Assembly: GCA_045862895.1 (NCBI GenBank)
Contig: BTUO01000007.1
Location: forward strand, 169,020 to 233,019
DNA: 64,000 bases
DNA from: Acidobacteriota bacterium
Lineage (GTDB): Bacteria; Acidobacteriota; Thermoanaerobaculia; Multivoradales; JAGPDF01
Reading direction: 5' to 3'
Shown: positions 53,137 to 62,568 of the stretch, piece by piece
Position numbering within the stretch: position 1 is the stretch's first letter
Layout: every line of letters begins with the position of its first letter
Notes under the pieces: model-generated
The model's database searches: none
Told to the model about the DNA's origin: nothing
Seen by the model: the letters and a program-made list of their open reading frames with translations, nothing else
Made by a program: the position numbers and the translations under genes

Positions 53137-54948
53137 GTGACGAACCCCGAGCCGACCCCTCCGACGTCCCCGCGCCGCCGCTGGCTCGCGACCGCTGCGC
53201 TGTTCGCGCTCTGGCTCGCCGTGGCGCTGGCGGCGACCGCGCTCGCGCGCCGCCAGCTCGATCCGCCCGGCACCGGCATCGACGACGCCAACATCTTCTT
53301 CCGCTACGCGCGCAACCTGGCCCACGGACACGGGCTGGTCTGGAACCCCGGCGGCGAGCGGGTCGAAGGCTTCTCCTCGCCGGCCTGGGTGCTGCTGCTC
53401 GCCGCGGCCGTGCCGCTCGGCGTGCCGATCGAAGCCTGGGCGCGCACGCTTGCCGCGCTCGCCCTGGCCGCCGGGCTCACCGCCTGGTCGCGGCGGCTGC
53501 TCGACGACGCGGGCTCAGGAGGCCGCGCCGCGACCGCGCTCACGCTCGCCGCCGCGGTCGCCTGGATCGCGGCGAATCCGGCGCTGCTGGTCTGGGGGAT
53601 CGCCACCGGCATGGACACCGGCCTGTGGATCGCCGCCGTCCTCGGCGCGGCCGCGGCCGTCGCGCGCTGGGCGAGCGCGGGGCACGGCGCACGCGCCGCC
53701 GCCGTCCTGCTCGCGCTGCTCCCGTTCGTGCGCGTCGAGGGGATCGCGGTCGGCGTCGCGCTGCTGGTCTCCGGGCTCTGGCTCGCGCCCGACGGCGTCG
53801 CACGCTACCTGCGCCGCGCCGCGCCGCTCGCCGGGGCGGCGCTCGGGAGTTTCGTCGTGCTGACGCTGGCGCGGCTCGCCTGGTTCGGCGTTCCGTTGCC
53901 CAACACCTTTTACGCGAAGGTCGAGCTCGATCCGGCCGAGCGGCTCGATCTCACCGCGCGCTACTTCGGCCGCACCGCGCACGACCACCCGCTGCTGCTC
54001 GTGATCCTCGCGGTCGCCGTCGTGGTCGCCGTCGCGGGGGTACGCCGGCTCACCGGCCGGACGCGCCGCGGCGACGCGGCGAGCGGGGCGGCGCTCGTCC
54101 ACCTGTGCGGACCGGCGCTGGTGTTCGCCGCGGCCGGCGCCGATCACTTCCCCGGCAGCCGCTTCCTGCTGCCGTTCTGGCCCGCGGCGCTCGCGATGCT
54201 GCTCGCGCTGCCGCTGCCGGAGGCCGGCAGGCTCGGGCGCAGGGCCGGGGCGGCACTGCGCCCGACCCTGGCGCTCGCCGTCGCCGCTCTCGTCTATGCC
54301 GGCAACGTCGCCTCCTGGTCGCTGCTCGACGCGTTGCCGCTGCTGCGCAACGAGTTCCGACTCGCCGCCGAGGGGCGCAGCGCCGGCCTCTGGCTCAATC
54401 GCCTCTTCCCCGATCCGGACGCCCGGCCCCTGGTCGCCATCGGCCAGGCCGGCGGCCTCCCCTACACCTTCGAGGGGACCTCCTTCGACGTCTGGGGGCT
54501 CAACGACACCGAGGTCGCCCACGACGCGACGCCGCGCGAGGGGCCGCCCGGCCACTCAGCGTTCTCGCGGGGCGTCTTCTTCCGGCGCAACCCGGAACTG
54601 CTCGTCACCGCCTTCTGGTGCCGCGGCGACGCCGCGGCCGACTTCCGCGAGCAGACGATCTTCGCCAGCTACTTCGACGATCTCGGCAAGGATCGGCGCC
54701 TCTGGCGCCGCTACCGCCCGGTGCGGCTCGCCGGCGACCCGATCCCGGAAGGGCACGAGCTGTGCGCCTGGGTCCGCCGCGACTTCCTGCCGCGCTGCGC
54801 GGCGTGCGTCGAACGGGAGCGGCCGTGGGCTCGGCCCGAGTCCGAGCGCCGGCGTCAGATCGAGCCGGAGGCTCCGCGCGCCGAGGGCGCCGCCACGACC
54901 GAGTCGCCCGGCGGCGACGAGGCGAGCGGCCAGCCCTCCCAGGGCTGA
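53137..54948 (+). CDS. GT-C membrane glycosyltransferase (AftA/arabinofuranosyltransferase-like DDAxI family)
   Basis: GIDDANIFFRYARNLAHGHGLVWNPGGERVEGFSSP, GMDT, VRVEG, PNTFYAK, DVWGLND. Confidence 0.8.
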   Translation: MTNPEPTPPTSPRRRWLATAALFALWLAVALAATALARRQLDPPGTGIDDANIFFRYARNLAHGHGLVWNPGGERVEGFSSPAWVLLLAAAVPLGVPIEAWARTLAALALAAGLTAWSRRLLDDAGSGGRAATALTLAAAVAWIAANPALLVWGIATGMDTGLWIAAVLGAAAAVARWASAGHGARAAAVLLALLPFVRVEGIAVGVALLVSGLWLAPDGVARYLRRAAPLAGAALGSFVVLTLARLAWFGVPLPNTFYAKVELDPAERLDLTARYFGRTAHDHPLLLVILAVAVVVAVAGVRRLTGRTRRGDAASGAALVHLCGPALVFAAAGADHFPGSRFLLPFWPAALAMLLALPLPEAGRLGRRAGAALRPTLALAVAALVYAGNVASWSLLDALPLLRNEFRLAAEGRSAGLWLNRLFPDPDARPLVAIGQAGGLPYTFEGTSFDVWGLNDTEVAHDATPREGPPGHSAFSRGVFFRRNPELLVTAFWCRGDAAADFREQTIFASYFDDLGKDRRLWRRYRPVRLAGDPIPEGHELCAWVRRDFLPRCAACVERERPWARPESERRRQIEPEAPRAEGAATTESPGGDEASGQPSQG

Positions 54949-56246
54949 TCGGCGAAGGCGGGGTTGACGGCGCGCGTGCGCGCGATCGCTTCCGCGGCGG
55001 CCGCCTCGTCGCCGGTCTCGGCGAGCGCGCGGGCGAGCTCGCGCCGGGCGATCAGCTTGAGCACGCCGCCGCCCCCCGCCTGCCAGAACTGGCCCACGGC
55101 GTCGACCGCGCGCCAGCGCTCGATCGCCGCCGGCCAGTCGCCGTCGATCGAGAGGCGCTGCCCCTCGAAGAAGGCGATCAGCGTGCCGAGCTCCTCGGCG
55201 GCCTTCGGGAAGTCGGCGCCGACCGACGCCGCCTTCTCGCGCAGAGTGCTCTCGATTTCGAGCGCGAGCTCGCGTCGCCCCGACACCAGCGCCAGGCGGT
55301 GAACCAGGACCTCGGGCTGTCGGTAGACCTCCTCGCACGCCGGATCCGCCGAGCGCCACGGCGCCTCGGCATCTCCGGTGAGGAAGCCGCGGGCGACCGG
55401 CACCATGCAGGCGAGCTTGCGGGCGTGGTCGGCGGCGCAGTCGCGCTGGGCGCGCGCGGCGAGCACGTCGAGGTCGCCGGGTCGGCGGTCGAGCACGGCC
55501 AGGCGCAGCAGGTTGTCGTACGACGCGCAGAAGTCCGGCCGGATCGCCAGCGCCTCCTCGAGCTCGGCGCGGGCCTCGTCGTAGCGCCCGACGAGGACCA
55601 GCAGCTCGCCGAGCGAGTCGTGCGGGTTGGCCTGGTCCGGCGCCACGAACTTGTAGGTTCGGAAGCGCGATTCCGCCTCGGCGAAGCGCCCCTGCGCCAT
55701 CGCGATGTAGCCGAGGTTGTTGTGCGCCAGGACCCAGTTCGGGTCGACCTCGAGCAGGCGCCGGTAGCGCCGCTCGGCGACCTCCCAGTCCTGCCGCACC
55801 CAGGCGTCGGTGGCCGCGGTGATCAGCGCCCACGGGTCGTCCGGGTGGCGGTCGAGGTAGGCCTCGATCCGCGCGGTGCGCCCGATCAGATCGTCGTCGA
55901 GCCGCGCGAAGAGAATGTCGAGCAGGAAGCGCTCGCGCTCGGTCAGCCGCTCGCGATCGGCGACCCGCAGCTCCCCGATCAGACGCTCGCGGACCTGCTT
56001 GTCGGCGTCGGAGTCGACCAGGGCGAGCTTGGCGGCGACGAACTCGGGATCGAGCTCGAGCGCCCGCTCGTACGCGGCGCGGGCGTCGACGAAGTAGAAG
56101 CGCATGTGCGCCTGGCGCCCGCGCTCGTACTCGGCCAGAGCGGCCGGGGAGTCGGTCGTCCAGGTTCGCCGGGTCGCCGCGCGCAGCCAGAACGCGGCGC
56201 CGGCGGCGAGCGCCAGGACCACGGCGATCAGTACGATTCGGCGCAT
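54855..56246 (-). CDS. membrane-anchored or exported TPR protein
   Basis: N-terminal hydrophobic anchor MRRIVLIAVVLALAAG, YERALELDPEF, LEVDPNWVLAHNNLGY, PDQANPHDSLGE. SD AGGAGGAGG. Confidence 0.82.
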   Translation of the reverse strand: MRRIVLIAVVLALAAGAAFWLRAATRRTWTTDSPAALAEYERGRQAHMRFYFVDARAAYERALELDPEFVAAKLALVDSDADKQVRERLIGELRVADRERLTERERFLLDILFARLDDDLIGRTARIEAYLDRHPDDPWALITAATDAWVRQDWEVAERRYRRLLEVDPNWVLAHNNLGYIAMAQGRFAEAESRFRTYKFVAPDQANPHDSLGELLVLVGRYDEARAELEEALAIRPDFCASYDNLLRLAVLDRRPGDLDVLAARAQRDCAADHARKLACMVPVARGFLTGDAEAPWRSADPACEEVYRQPEVLVHRLALVSGRRELALEIESTLREKAASVGADFPKAAEELGTLIAFFEGQRLSIDGDWPAAIERWRAVDAVGQFWQAGGGGVLKLIARRELARALAETGDEAAAAEAIARTRAVNPAFADQPWEGWPLASSPPGDSVVAAPSARGASGSI

Positions 56247-58768
56247 GCAACCTCCTCCTGGTCGCGAGCGATCGCGACCAGCGTGATGTCGTCGTAGGGC
56301 TCGGCCCCCTCGGTGAAGCGGCGCACCGCGTCGAGCACGTGCTCGATCAGGGCTCCCGGCTCGGCCGGCGCGGCCGCCAGCACGCGCGAGAGACGCGCGT
56401 CGCCGAACTGCTCGCCGGCCGGCGAGGTCGCCTCGATCACGCCGTCGGAGTAGCCGAGCACGACTTCTCCCGGCGCGATCGCCGCCTGCCGGACTTCGTA
56501 GCCGCCGTTGAGCAGCGCACCGAGCGGCAGCCGGTGGCCGGCCAACGGCAGCTCGCGCACCGCGCCGTTCGACGAGCGCACCAGCAGCTCGGGCTGGCCG
56601 GCGACGACGTAGTCGATCCCCGCGCCGTCGGCCGAGGCGGCGATCCAGGCGAGCGCCACGAAGCTCTTCTTGCCGCCCAGCCGGTAGAGCCGCTGGTTGG
56701 CGAGCGACAGCAGCGCCGACGGTTCGCGATGGGTGAAGGCGAGGCTCTGCAGCGCCTCGTGCGCGGCCATCATCATCAGCGCGCCCGAGACCGACTTGCC
56801 GGCGACGTCGCCGAAGACCAGCGCTCCGGCGCCGGGGCGCGGGCCGGGCAGCTCGGCGAAGAAGTCGCCGCCGACGTGGCGTGCCGGGCGGCAACGGGCG
56901 GCGACCCGCCAGCCCGGTCCGAGCGAGAGCGTCGCCGGCAGCAGCTCGTTCTGGATGGTCGAGGCGATCTCGAGCTCGCGCTCGAGCTCGGCCTGGCGCG
57001 TGCGCTCCTCGACCAGCAGCGCGGTCTCGAGCGCGAGCGCCGCCTGGCCGAGCAGCAGATCGAGCAGACCGAGCTCCTCGACGTCGAGCGTGAGCTGGCC
57101 GTTGGGCCCGGAGAAGACCGCCAGGCCGAGCCGGCGGCGCGCCGAGGCGAGGTCGCCGACGCGCTCGACACCGGCCGCCACGAGCCGGGAGACGAGCCGT
57201 TCGACGGCGGGCGTTTCGGCCCCGGCCACCGCGAAGCCCGCCAGGTTGGCGAGCCGGCCCTCGGCGGCGAGCCGCCGGTGGAGCTCGGGCGCGTCGGGGA
57301 GCTCTTCGGGGAGCGAGTCCGGCCCGGCGGCGCGCACCAGCCGCTCGCCGCGCAGCAGGTAGAGACCCGCGAAGCGCAGCCCCAGCAACGCCGGCAGGCG
57401 CTCGACCAGGTCGCGCACCACCGAGGCCAGGTCGACCCTCGTGCCCATCGCCGCGGCGAGCTCGCGCATCGCCTCCTGCAGGCGCCGGCGCTCGCCGAAC
57501 AGGGCGCCGTCGACCAGCCGCTGGCTGCGCCGCCGCAGCGGCTCGAACAGCAGGGCGATCGCCAGCGCGAAGACCACCGGAAACCAGGGCGAGGCCGCGA
57601 GCGCCGAGCCGCGGGTCAGCCCGTTGAACAGCACGATGCCGCCGGCGTAGAGCGCTGTGACACCCGCGGTCAGCACCGAGTAGGCGAGGCTGCGGCGCAG
57701 CATGACGCGGATGTCGAGCAGCCCGAAGCGGACGATCGCGACGGCGAAGGTCAGCGGTACCAGTCCGAGCAGCGCGAGCGCCGCCGGCGCCGAGCGGTCG
57801 GAGACCAGGGCCTCGGGAGCCGCCACCGCGGCGATCAGGAACGGCAGCAGCCCCGCCACCGAGCCGATCAGTACGAGCGCCACGCCCCGGCGCTGGCGCG
57901 GGTCGCGCACGCGGCCGAAGCCGGCGGCGAGCACGCCGACGCCGACCGCCATGTAGAGCGCCATCAGCCACCAGCTGGCGGGCGGCGCGCCGCCCAGGCG
58001 GCGCACCTCCTCGCCGCGCCAGAGCGCGTGGACGAGCCCGCCGGCGAAGACCAGCGGCGGCAGCGCGTAGACCGCGGCGAGCAGCGCGTGCCAGCGGCGC
58101 CGGCGGCGATCGAAATCGGCTTCGCCGGGACGCGGCCGCAGCCGCACCGGCTCGGGGAAGACCAGGAAGAAATGGAGGAAGCAGGCCGGCAGGAAGAGCA
58201 GAGCGAAGGTGCCGGTGCCGAGCAGGAAGCGGTCGATCAGCGAGTACGACGGCGGCCGCAGCCGGCAGACCAGGAAGAGCAGGAAGAGCACGCCGACCAG
58301 GTAGAAGATCTGCGCCGGCCGCGCCCGCGGCTGGCGCACCAGGACGAAGGCGCCGACCGCGAAGAACAGGAAGCCGAGCAGCGCCGCGTAGAAGTAGGTC
58401 GGGCTGCCCAGGAAGCGGCGCCCGAGCTCGAGCCGGATCTCCTCGACGCCGGCGTCGCGGCGCACCAGGTAGGGGACGACCTCGCCGATCCGGCGGCGGC
58501 CGAGCAGCTCGGCGGCGTGGGTCGGGGAGCGGACCAGGTCGCGGTCGATGCCGGTGATCCGGTCGCCCGGGCGGATCCCGGCGCGGTCGGCCCCCGACCC
58601 CGCCACGACCTCGCGCACCGTCAGCGACTCCGGCGCGTCGGCCTCCAGGACCACCCCGTCCCACGGTTTGGGCAGGGCGAGGTCGACGATCGCCGAAACG
58701 GCGATCAGGAGCGCGACACCGCCGACGGCGGCGAGCGCGGCGAGGAGGGGGCTGATTCGTCGGGGCAC
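56228..58768 (-). CDS. PDZ-polytopic membrane-GAF-PP2C (SpoIIE) phosphatase
   Basis: PDZ GADRAGIRPGDRI, 7-8 TMs, GAF-like region, ELEIASTIQ, VGGDFF, GDVAGKS, YSDGVIEA, DDITLV. Confidence 0.9.
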   Translation of the reverse strand: MPRRISPLLAALAAVGGVALLIAVSAIVDLALPKPWDGVVLEADAPESLTVREVVAGSGADRAGIRPGDRITGIDRDLVRSPTHAAELLGRRRIGEVVPYLVRRDAGVEEIRLELGRRFLGSPTYFYAALLGFLFFAVGAFVLVRQPRARPAQIFYLVGVLFLLFLVCRLRPPSYSLIDRFLLGTGTFALLFLPACFLHFFLVFPEPVRLRPRPGEADFDRRRRRWHALLAAVYALPPLVFAGGLVHALWRGEEVRRLGGAPPASWWLMALYMAVGVGVLAAGFGRVRDPRQRRGVALVLIGSVAGLLPFLIAAVAAPEALVSDRSAPAALALLGLVPLTFAVAIVRFGLLDIRVMLRRSLAYSVLTAGVTALYAGGIVLFNGLTRGSALAASPWFPVVFALAIALLFEPLRRRSQRLVDGALFGERRRLQEAMRELAAAMGTRVDLASVVRDLVERLPALLGLRFAGLYLLRGERLVRAAGPDSLPEELPDAPELHRRLAAEGRLANLAGFAVAGAETPAVERLVSRLVAAGVERVGDLASARRRLGLAVFSGPNGQLTLDVEELGLLDLLLGQAALALETALLVEERTRQAELERELEIASTIQNELLPATLSLGPGWRVAARCRPARHVGGDFFAELPGPRPGAGALVFGDVAGKSVSGALMMMAAHEALQSLAFTHREPSALLSLANQRLYRLGGKKSFVALAWIAASADGAGIDYVVAGQPELLVRSSNGAVRELPLAGHRLPLGALLNGGYEVRQAAIAPGEVVLGYSDGVIEATSPAGEQFGDARLSRVLAAAPAEPGALIEHVLDAVRRFTEGAEPYDDITLVAIARDQEEVACAESY

Positions 58769-58929
58769 GGGCGCTGGCCGTCCAATGAATGGTACGTGCG
58801 GGCCGGCTCGGGGTTCGCCGCGACACCGGCCGGGGCCATTCTGCAGGAAAGCGGGGGCGGGCGCCTCGCGGCGGAGCGCGCCGTCCGTCCGCCCTCCGGC
58901 CGCGTAGGAGCCGGGGGAGGTCGCCGCCG

Positions 58930-60183
58930 TTGAGGATCGCCGTCGTCGGGGGAGGGATCGCCGGGCTCGTCGCCGCCCGGGAGCTGGCGCGCGCCGGGCA
59001 CGGCGTGACCCTGTTCGAGCGGGAGCGCCGGCCGGGCGGCCACGCCGCGACCGTCGAGGTGGAGGACGCGGGGGTCCGCTTCCCCGTCGACCTCGGCTTC
59101 CTGGTCTACAACGAGCGCAACTACCCGCTGTTCGCCCGGCTGCTCGCCGAGCTCGGCGTCGCCACCGCACCGTCCTCGATGGGCTTCGCGGTCGAAGACC
59201 CGGCGACCGGTTTCCTGCTCTCCGGCGACCGCGCCGGAGCCCTCTTCGCGCGGCGCCGCAACCTGGTCGACCCGCGATTCTGGCGGGTGGCCGCCGGCCA
59301 GCTCGCCTTCGCCCGCGCCGGCCGCCGCGAGCTCGCCGCCGGGCGGCTGCGCCCGCTCGCCGAGCTCGTGCGCGAGGCGCGACTGCCGCGCGACTTCGTC
59401 GAGCTCTACCTGCTGCCGATGGCCGGCGCGATCTGGTCGATGGCGCCCGCCGACGTGCTCGACTTCCCCGCCGCCGCGCTGGTGCGCTTCTTCGACAACC
59501 ACGGGCTGCTGACCCTCCTCGACCGCCCGGCCTGGCGCACCGTCGCCGGCGGCTCGCGCCGCTACGTCGAGGCGCTGGTCGCGACCTCCGGCTTCGCGCT
59601 CGCCGCCGGCGCGCGGGTGACCGCCGTGCGGCGCCCCGCCGGCGGCGGCGTCGAGCTCGCCGTCGACGGCGAGCGCCTCGGCTTCCATCGCCTGGTCCTG
59701 GCGACGCACGCCGACCAGGCCCTCGCGCTGCTCGCCGACCCGACCCCGGTCGAGCGCGAGGTGCTCGGCGCCTTCCGCTACCGCGACAACGAGGTCGTGC
59801 TCCACGACGACGCGTCGTTGCTGCCGCCGCCACGGGCGCGAGCCAGCTGGAACGTCCGCCTCGGCGGCGACGACGCCGGAATCGGCGTCACCTACCTGCT
59901 CAACAAGTTGCAGCCCCTGCCGGTGACGCGCCCCTGGTGCGTGACCCTCAACCGAACCGCCGAGATCGACCCGGCGCGGATCCGCCACCGCACCGTCTTC
60001 GCCCACCCGCAGCTCGACCGCGCCGCGATCGAGGCGCAAGGACGCTGGCGGGAGATCTCGGGACCGCGCGACACCTTCTACGCCGGCGCCGCCTGGCGCT
60101 ACGGCTTCCACGAGGACGGCGCCTGGAGCGGCGTTCGTGCCGCGGCGGCGGCCGACGCGTCCGTTCGCGCCGCCGCCGCGTAG
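58930..60183 (+). CDS. FAD-dependent oxidoreductase (COG2907; UfaD-like fatty-acid desaturase candidate)
   Basis: RIAVVGGGIAGL, GGHAAT, VDLGFLVYNERNYP, FFDNHGLL, SWN, GFHEDG. TTG start with GGGGAGG SD. Confidence 0.88.
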   Translation: MRIAVVGGGIAGLVAARELARAGHGVTLFERERRPGGHAATVEVEDAGVRFPVDLGFLVYNERNYPLFARLLAELGVATAPSSMGFAVEDPATGFLLSGDRAGALFARRRNLVDPRFWRVAAGQLAFARAGRRELAAGRLRPLAELVREARLPRDFVELYLLPMAGAIWSMAPADVLDFPAAALVRFFDNHGLLTLLDRPAWRTVAGGSRRYVEALVATSGFALAAGARVTAVRRPAGGGVELAVDGERLGFHRLVLATHADQALALLADPTPVEREVLGAFRYRDNEVVLHDDASLLPPPRARASWNVRLGGDDAGIGVTYLLNKLQPLPVTRPWCVTLNRTAEIDPARIRHRTVFAHPQLDRAAIEAQGRWREISGPRDTFYAGAAWRYGFHEDGAWSGVRAAAAADASVRAAAA

Positions 60184-60191
60184 CGGCAGTC

Positions 60192-60956
60192 ATGGAGAGC
60201 GCGCTCTACCACGGCACCGTCCGCCATCGCCGCTTCGCGCCGCGATCGCACCGGCTCGCCTATCCGCTCTTCATGGTCTACGTCGATCTCGACGAGCTCG
60301 CGTCCGTGTTCGCCGGCAGCCTGCTGGCCTCGACCCGCGGGCCGGCGCCGCTCTGGTTGCGCCGCCGCGACCACTTCGGCGACCCCGACCGGCCGTGGAG
60401 CGAGGTCGTGCGCGAGGCCGCCGCCGAGCGGCTCGGGCGCCGCTTCGACGGAGCGGTCCGGCTGCTGACGAATCCGCGCACGCTCGGCCTGCGCATGAAC
60501 CCGGTCTCGTTCTTCTACCTCTTCGACCGCTCCGGCGCGCTCGACGCGGTTCTGGCCGAGGTCACCAACACCCCCTGGGACGAGCGCCACCTCTACGCCG
60601 TCGACGCGCGCGACCGCTCCGGCGCGACCGCCGGAGCGGCGATCGACGCCCGCTTCGCCAAGCGCTTCCACGTCTCGCCCTTCCTGCCGATGGACCTCGA
60701 TTACCGGTGGCGGCTCACCGCGCCGGGCGAGCGCCTGGTGGTGCACATGGAGAACCGGCGCGCGGAGCGCAAGCTCTTCGACGCCACGCTGCGACTCGAG
60801 CGCCGAGCGCTCGACCCCGCCAACCTGCGCCGGACCTTCTTCGAGCACCCGGCGATGACCTTCAAGGTGCTGCTATGGATCTATCTCCACGCCCTCTTGC
60901 TGAAGCTCAAGGGGGCCCCGTTCCACCCCCACCCGAAGACCGCGGCCGCGGACTGA
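60192..60956 (+). CDS. DUF1365 protein (UfaO-like)
   Basis: LYHGTVRHRRF, MNPVSFFY, AEVTNTPWDERH, KRFHVSPF, IYLHALLLKLKG. Confidence 0.9.
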   Translation: MESALYHGTVRHRRFAPRSHRLAYPLFMVYVDLDELASVFAGSLLASTRGPAPLWLRRRDHFGDPDRPWSEVVREAAAERLGRRFDGAVRLLTNPRTLGLRMNPVSFFYLFDRSGALDAVLAEVTNTPWDERHLYAVDARDRSGATAGAAIDARFAKRFHVSPFLPMDLDYRWRLTAPGERLVVHMENRRAERKLFDATLRLERRALDPANLRRTFFEHPAMTFKVLLWIYLHALLLKLKGAPFHPHPKTAAAD

Positions 60957-62224
60957 GCCGCGCCCGGTCGGGCGGGACGCGGCGTCCCGGCGCGTTCGAC
61001 CGGTTCGCCCGCCGCGGCGTCGAGGCGCGGCTCGAGCGGATCGGCGACGGCACGCTGCTCCTGCGCCAAGGGCGGACGCTGCGCCGCTTCGGCCGCGAGA
61101 GCACGGACGGGCTCGCCGCCGATCTCGAGGTGCACGAGCCTCGATTCTGGCGGCGGCTGGCCGGCGGCGGTTCGCTCGGCGCCGCCGAGGCCTACCTCGA
61201 CGGCGACTGGGAGAGCCGCGACCTGGTCGCGCTGGTGCGCCTGATGGCGCGCAACCGCGAGGCGCTGGCCGGGATCGACTCCGGGCTCGCCCGCCTCGGA
61301 GCCCTGCCCGCGCGCGCCTGGCACGAGCTGCGCGCCAACAGCCGCCGCGGCAGCCGGCGCAACATCGAGGCGCACTACGACCTCGGCAACGACTTCTTCG
61401 CGCTCTTCCTCGACGGCTCGATGACCTACTCGGCGGCGCTGTTCGAGCGGCCTGGGATGAACCTGGCCGAAGCGCAGCTCGCCAAGATCGACCGGCTCTG
61501 CCGCAAGCTCCAGCTCGGACCCGACGACCACCTGCTCGAGATCGGCACCGGCTGGGGGGCGCTCGCGATCCACGCCGCGACCCGCTACGGCTGCCGGGTG
61601 ACGACCACCACGATCTCGCCCGCGCAGCGCGAGGCGGCGCTGGGCCGCATCGCCGATGCCGGTCTCTCCGGGCGCGTGCGGGTGCTCGCCGCCGACTACC
61701 GCGACCTGCGCGGAACCTGGTCGAAGATCGTCTCGGTCGAGATGATCGAAGCGGTCGGGCACGAGCGGATGGATGGCTACTTCGCCGCCCTCGACCGCCT
61801 GCTCGCCCCCGACGGCCTGGTCGCGCTCCAGGCGATCACCATCGCCGACCGCAACTACGAGGCGGCGCGGCGCGGCGTCGACTTCATCCAGCGCTTCGTC
61901 TTCCCGGGCGGCGCGATCCCGTCGCTGACCTCGCTGTTCACCGCGGCGTCGCGCGCGAGCCGGCTGACCCCCCTCCACGTCGAGGACCTCGGCCTCCACT
62001 ACGCCACGACGCTACGGCTCTGGCGCCACCGCTTCGAGGCCAACCTCGAGCGGGTGCGCGCGCTCGGCTTCGACGAGCGCTTCGTGCGGCTCTGGCGCTA
62101 CTACCTCTGCTACTGCGAAGGGGGGTTCCTCGAGCGCGCCATCGGCGACGCCCAGATCCTGCTCGCCGGCCCCGCCTTCCGCGGCGAGACGGCGCTCGGC
62201 CGGCTCGAGAGCGAGCGCACGTGA
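60953..62224 (+). CDS. cfa: cyclopropane-fatty-acyl-phospholipid synthase family SAM methyltransferase (UfaM/Cfa-like)
   Basis: GAAEAYLDGDW, NIEAHYDLGNDFF, MTYSA, LEIGTGWG, IVSVEMIEAVG, FVFPGG, YYLCYCE. Start uncertain (CTG 60953). Confidence 0.9.
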   Translation: MSRARSGGTRRPGAFDRFARRGVEARLERIGDGTLLLRQGRTLRRFGRESTDGLAADLEVHEPRFWRRLAGGGSLGAAEAYLDGDWESRDLVALVRLMARNREALAGIDSGLARLGALPARAWHELRANSRRGSRRNIEAHYDLGNDFFALFLDGSMTYSAALFERPGMNLAEAQLAKIDRLCRKLQLGPDDHLLEIGTGWGALAIHAATRYGCRVTTTTISPAQREAALGRIADAGLSGRVRVLAADYRDLRGTWSKIVSVEMIEAVGHERMDGYFAALDRLLAPDGLVALQAITIADRNYEAARRGVDFIQRFVFPGGAIPSLTSLFTAASRASRLTPLHVEDLGLHYATTLRLWRHRFEANLERVRALGFDERFVRLWRYYLCYCEGGFLERAIGDAQILLAGPAFRGETALGRLESERT

Positions 62225-62568
62225 AGCGGCTCGCCCTGCGCGGCTGGTTTCTCCTCGTCCTCGCCGTCCTGACCGCGGCGACCGTCGCCGCCAGCCTCGA
62301 CCGCAGCGTGCTGGTCGCCGCCGCCGAGCTCGCCTCCGATCCATGGGGGCTGGCGACGCTCGCCGACGCCTACTTCGCCTTCGTCGCCGTCTGGCTCTGG
62401 ATCGTCTGGCGCGAGCGCGGCTGGGGCCGGCGCCTCGGCTGGCTCGTCGCGATCCTGCTCACCGGCAACTTCGCGATCGCCGTCTACTTCCTGCTCGCCC
62501 TCGCCCGCGCTCGGCGCGACGACCCCCTCGATTCCCTCTTCGGTACGCGCCCGGAGGTCTCCCGATGA
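62221..62568 (+). CDS. DUF1475 family membrane protein
   Basis: PWGLATLADAYFAF...WRE...W...GNFAIAVY. Overlaps both neighbours (GTGA/ATGA). Confidence 0.82.
   Translation: MKRLALRGWFLLVLAVLTAATVAASLDRSVLVAAAELASDPWGLATLADAYFAFVAVWLWIVWRERGWGRRLGWLVAILLTGNFAIAVYFLLALARARRDDPLDSLFGTRPEVSR

Noticed and set aside
58901-58907. Third CGCGTAG upstream of the lipid operon
   Set aside because: No TGnnCC at 17 nt (GCGCCG instead), so it is not counted as part of the candidate ECF regulon.
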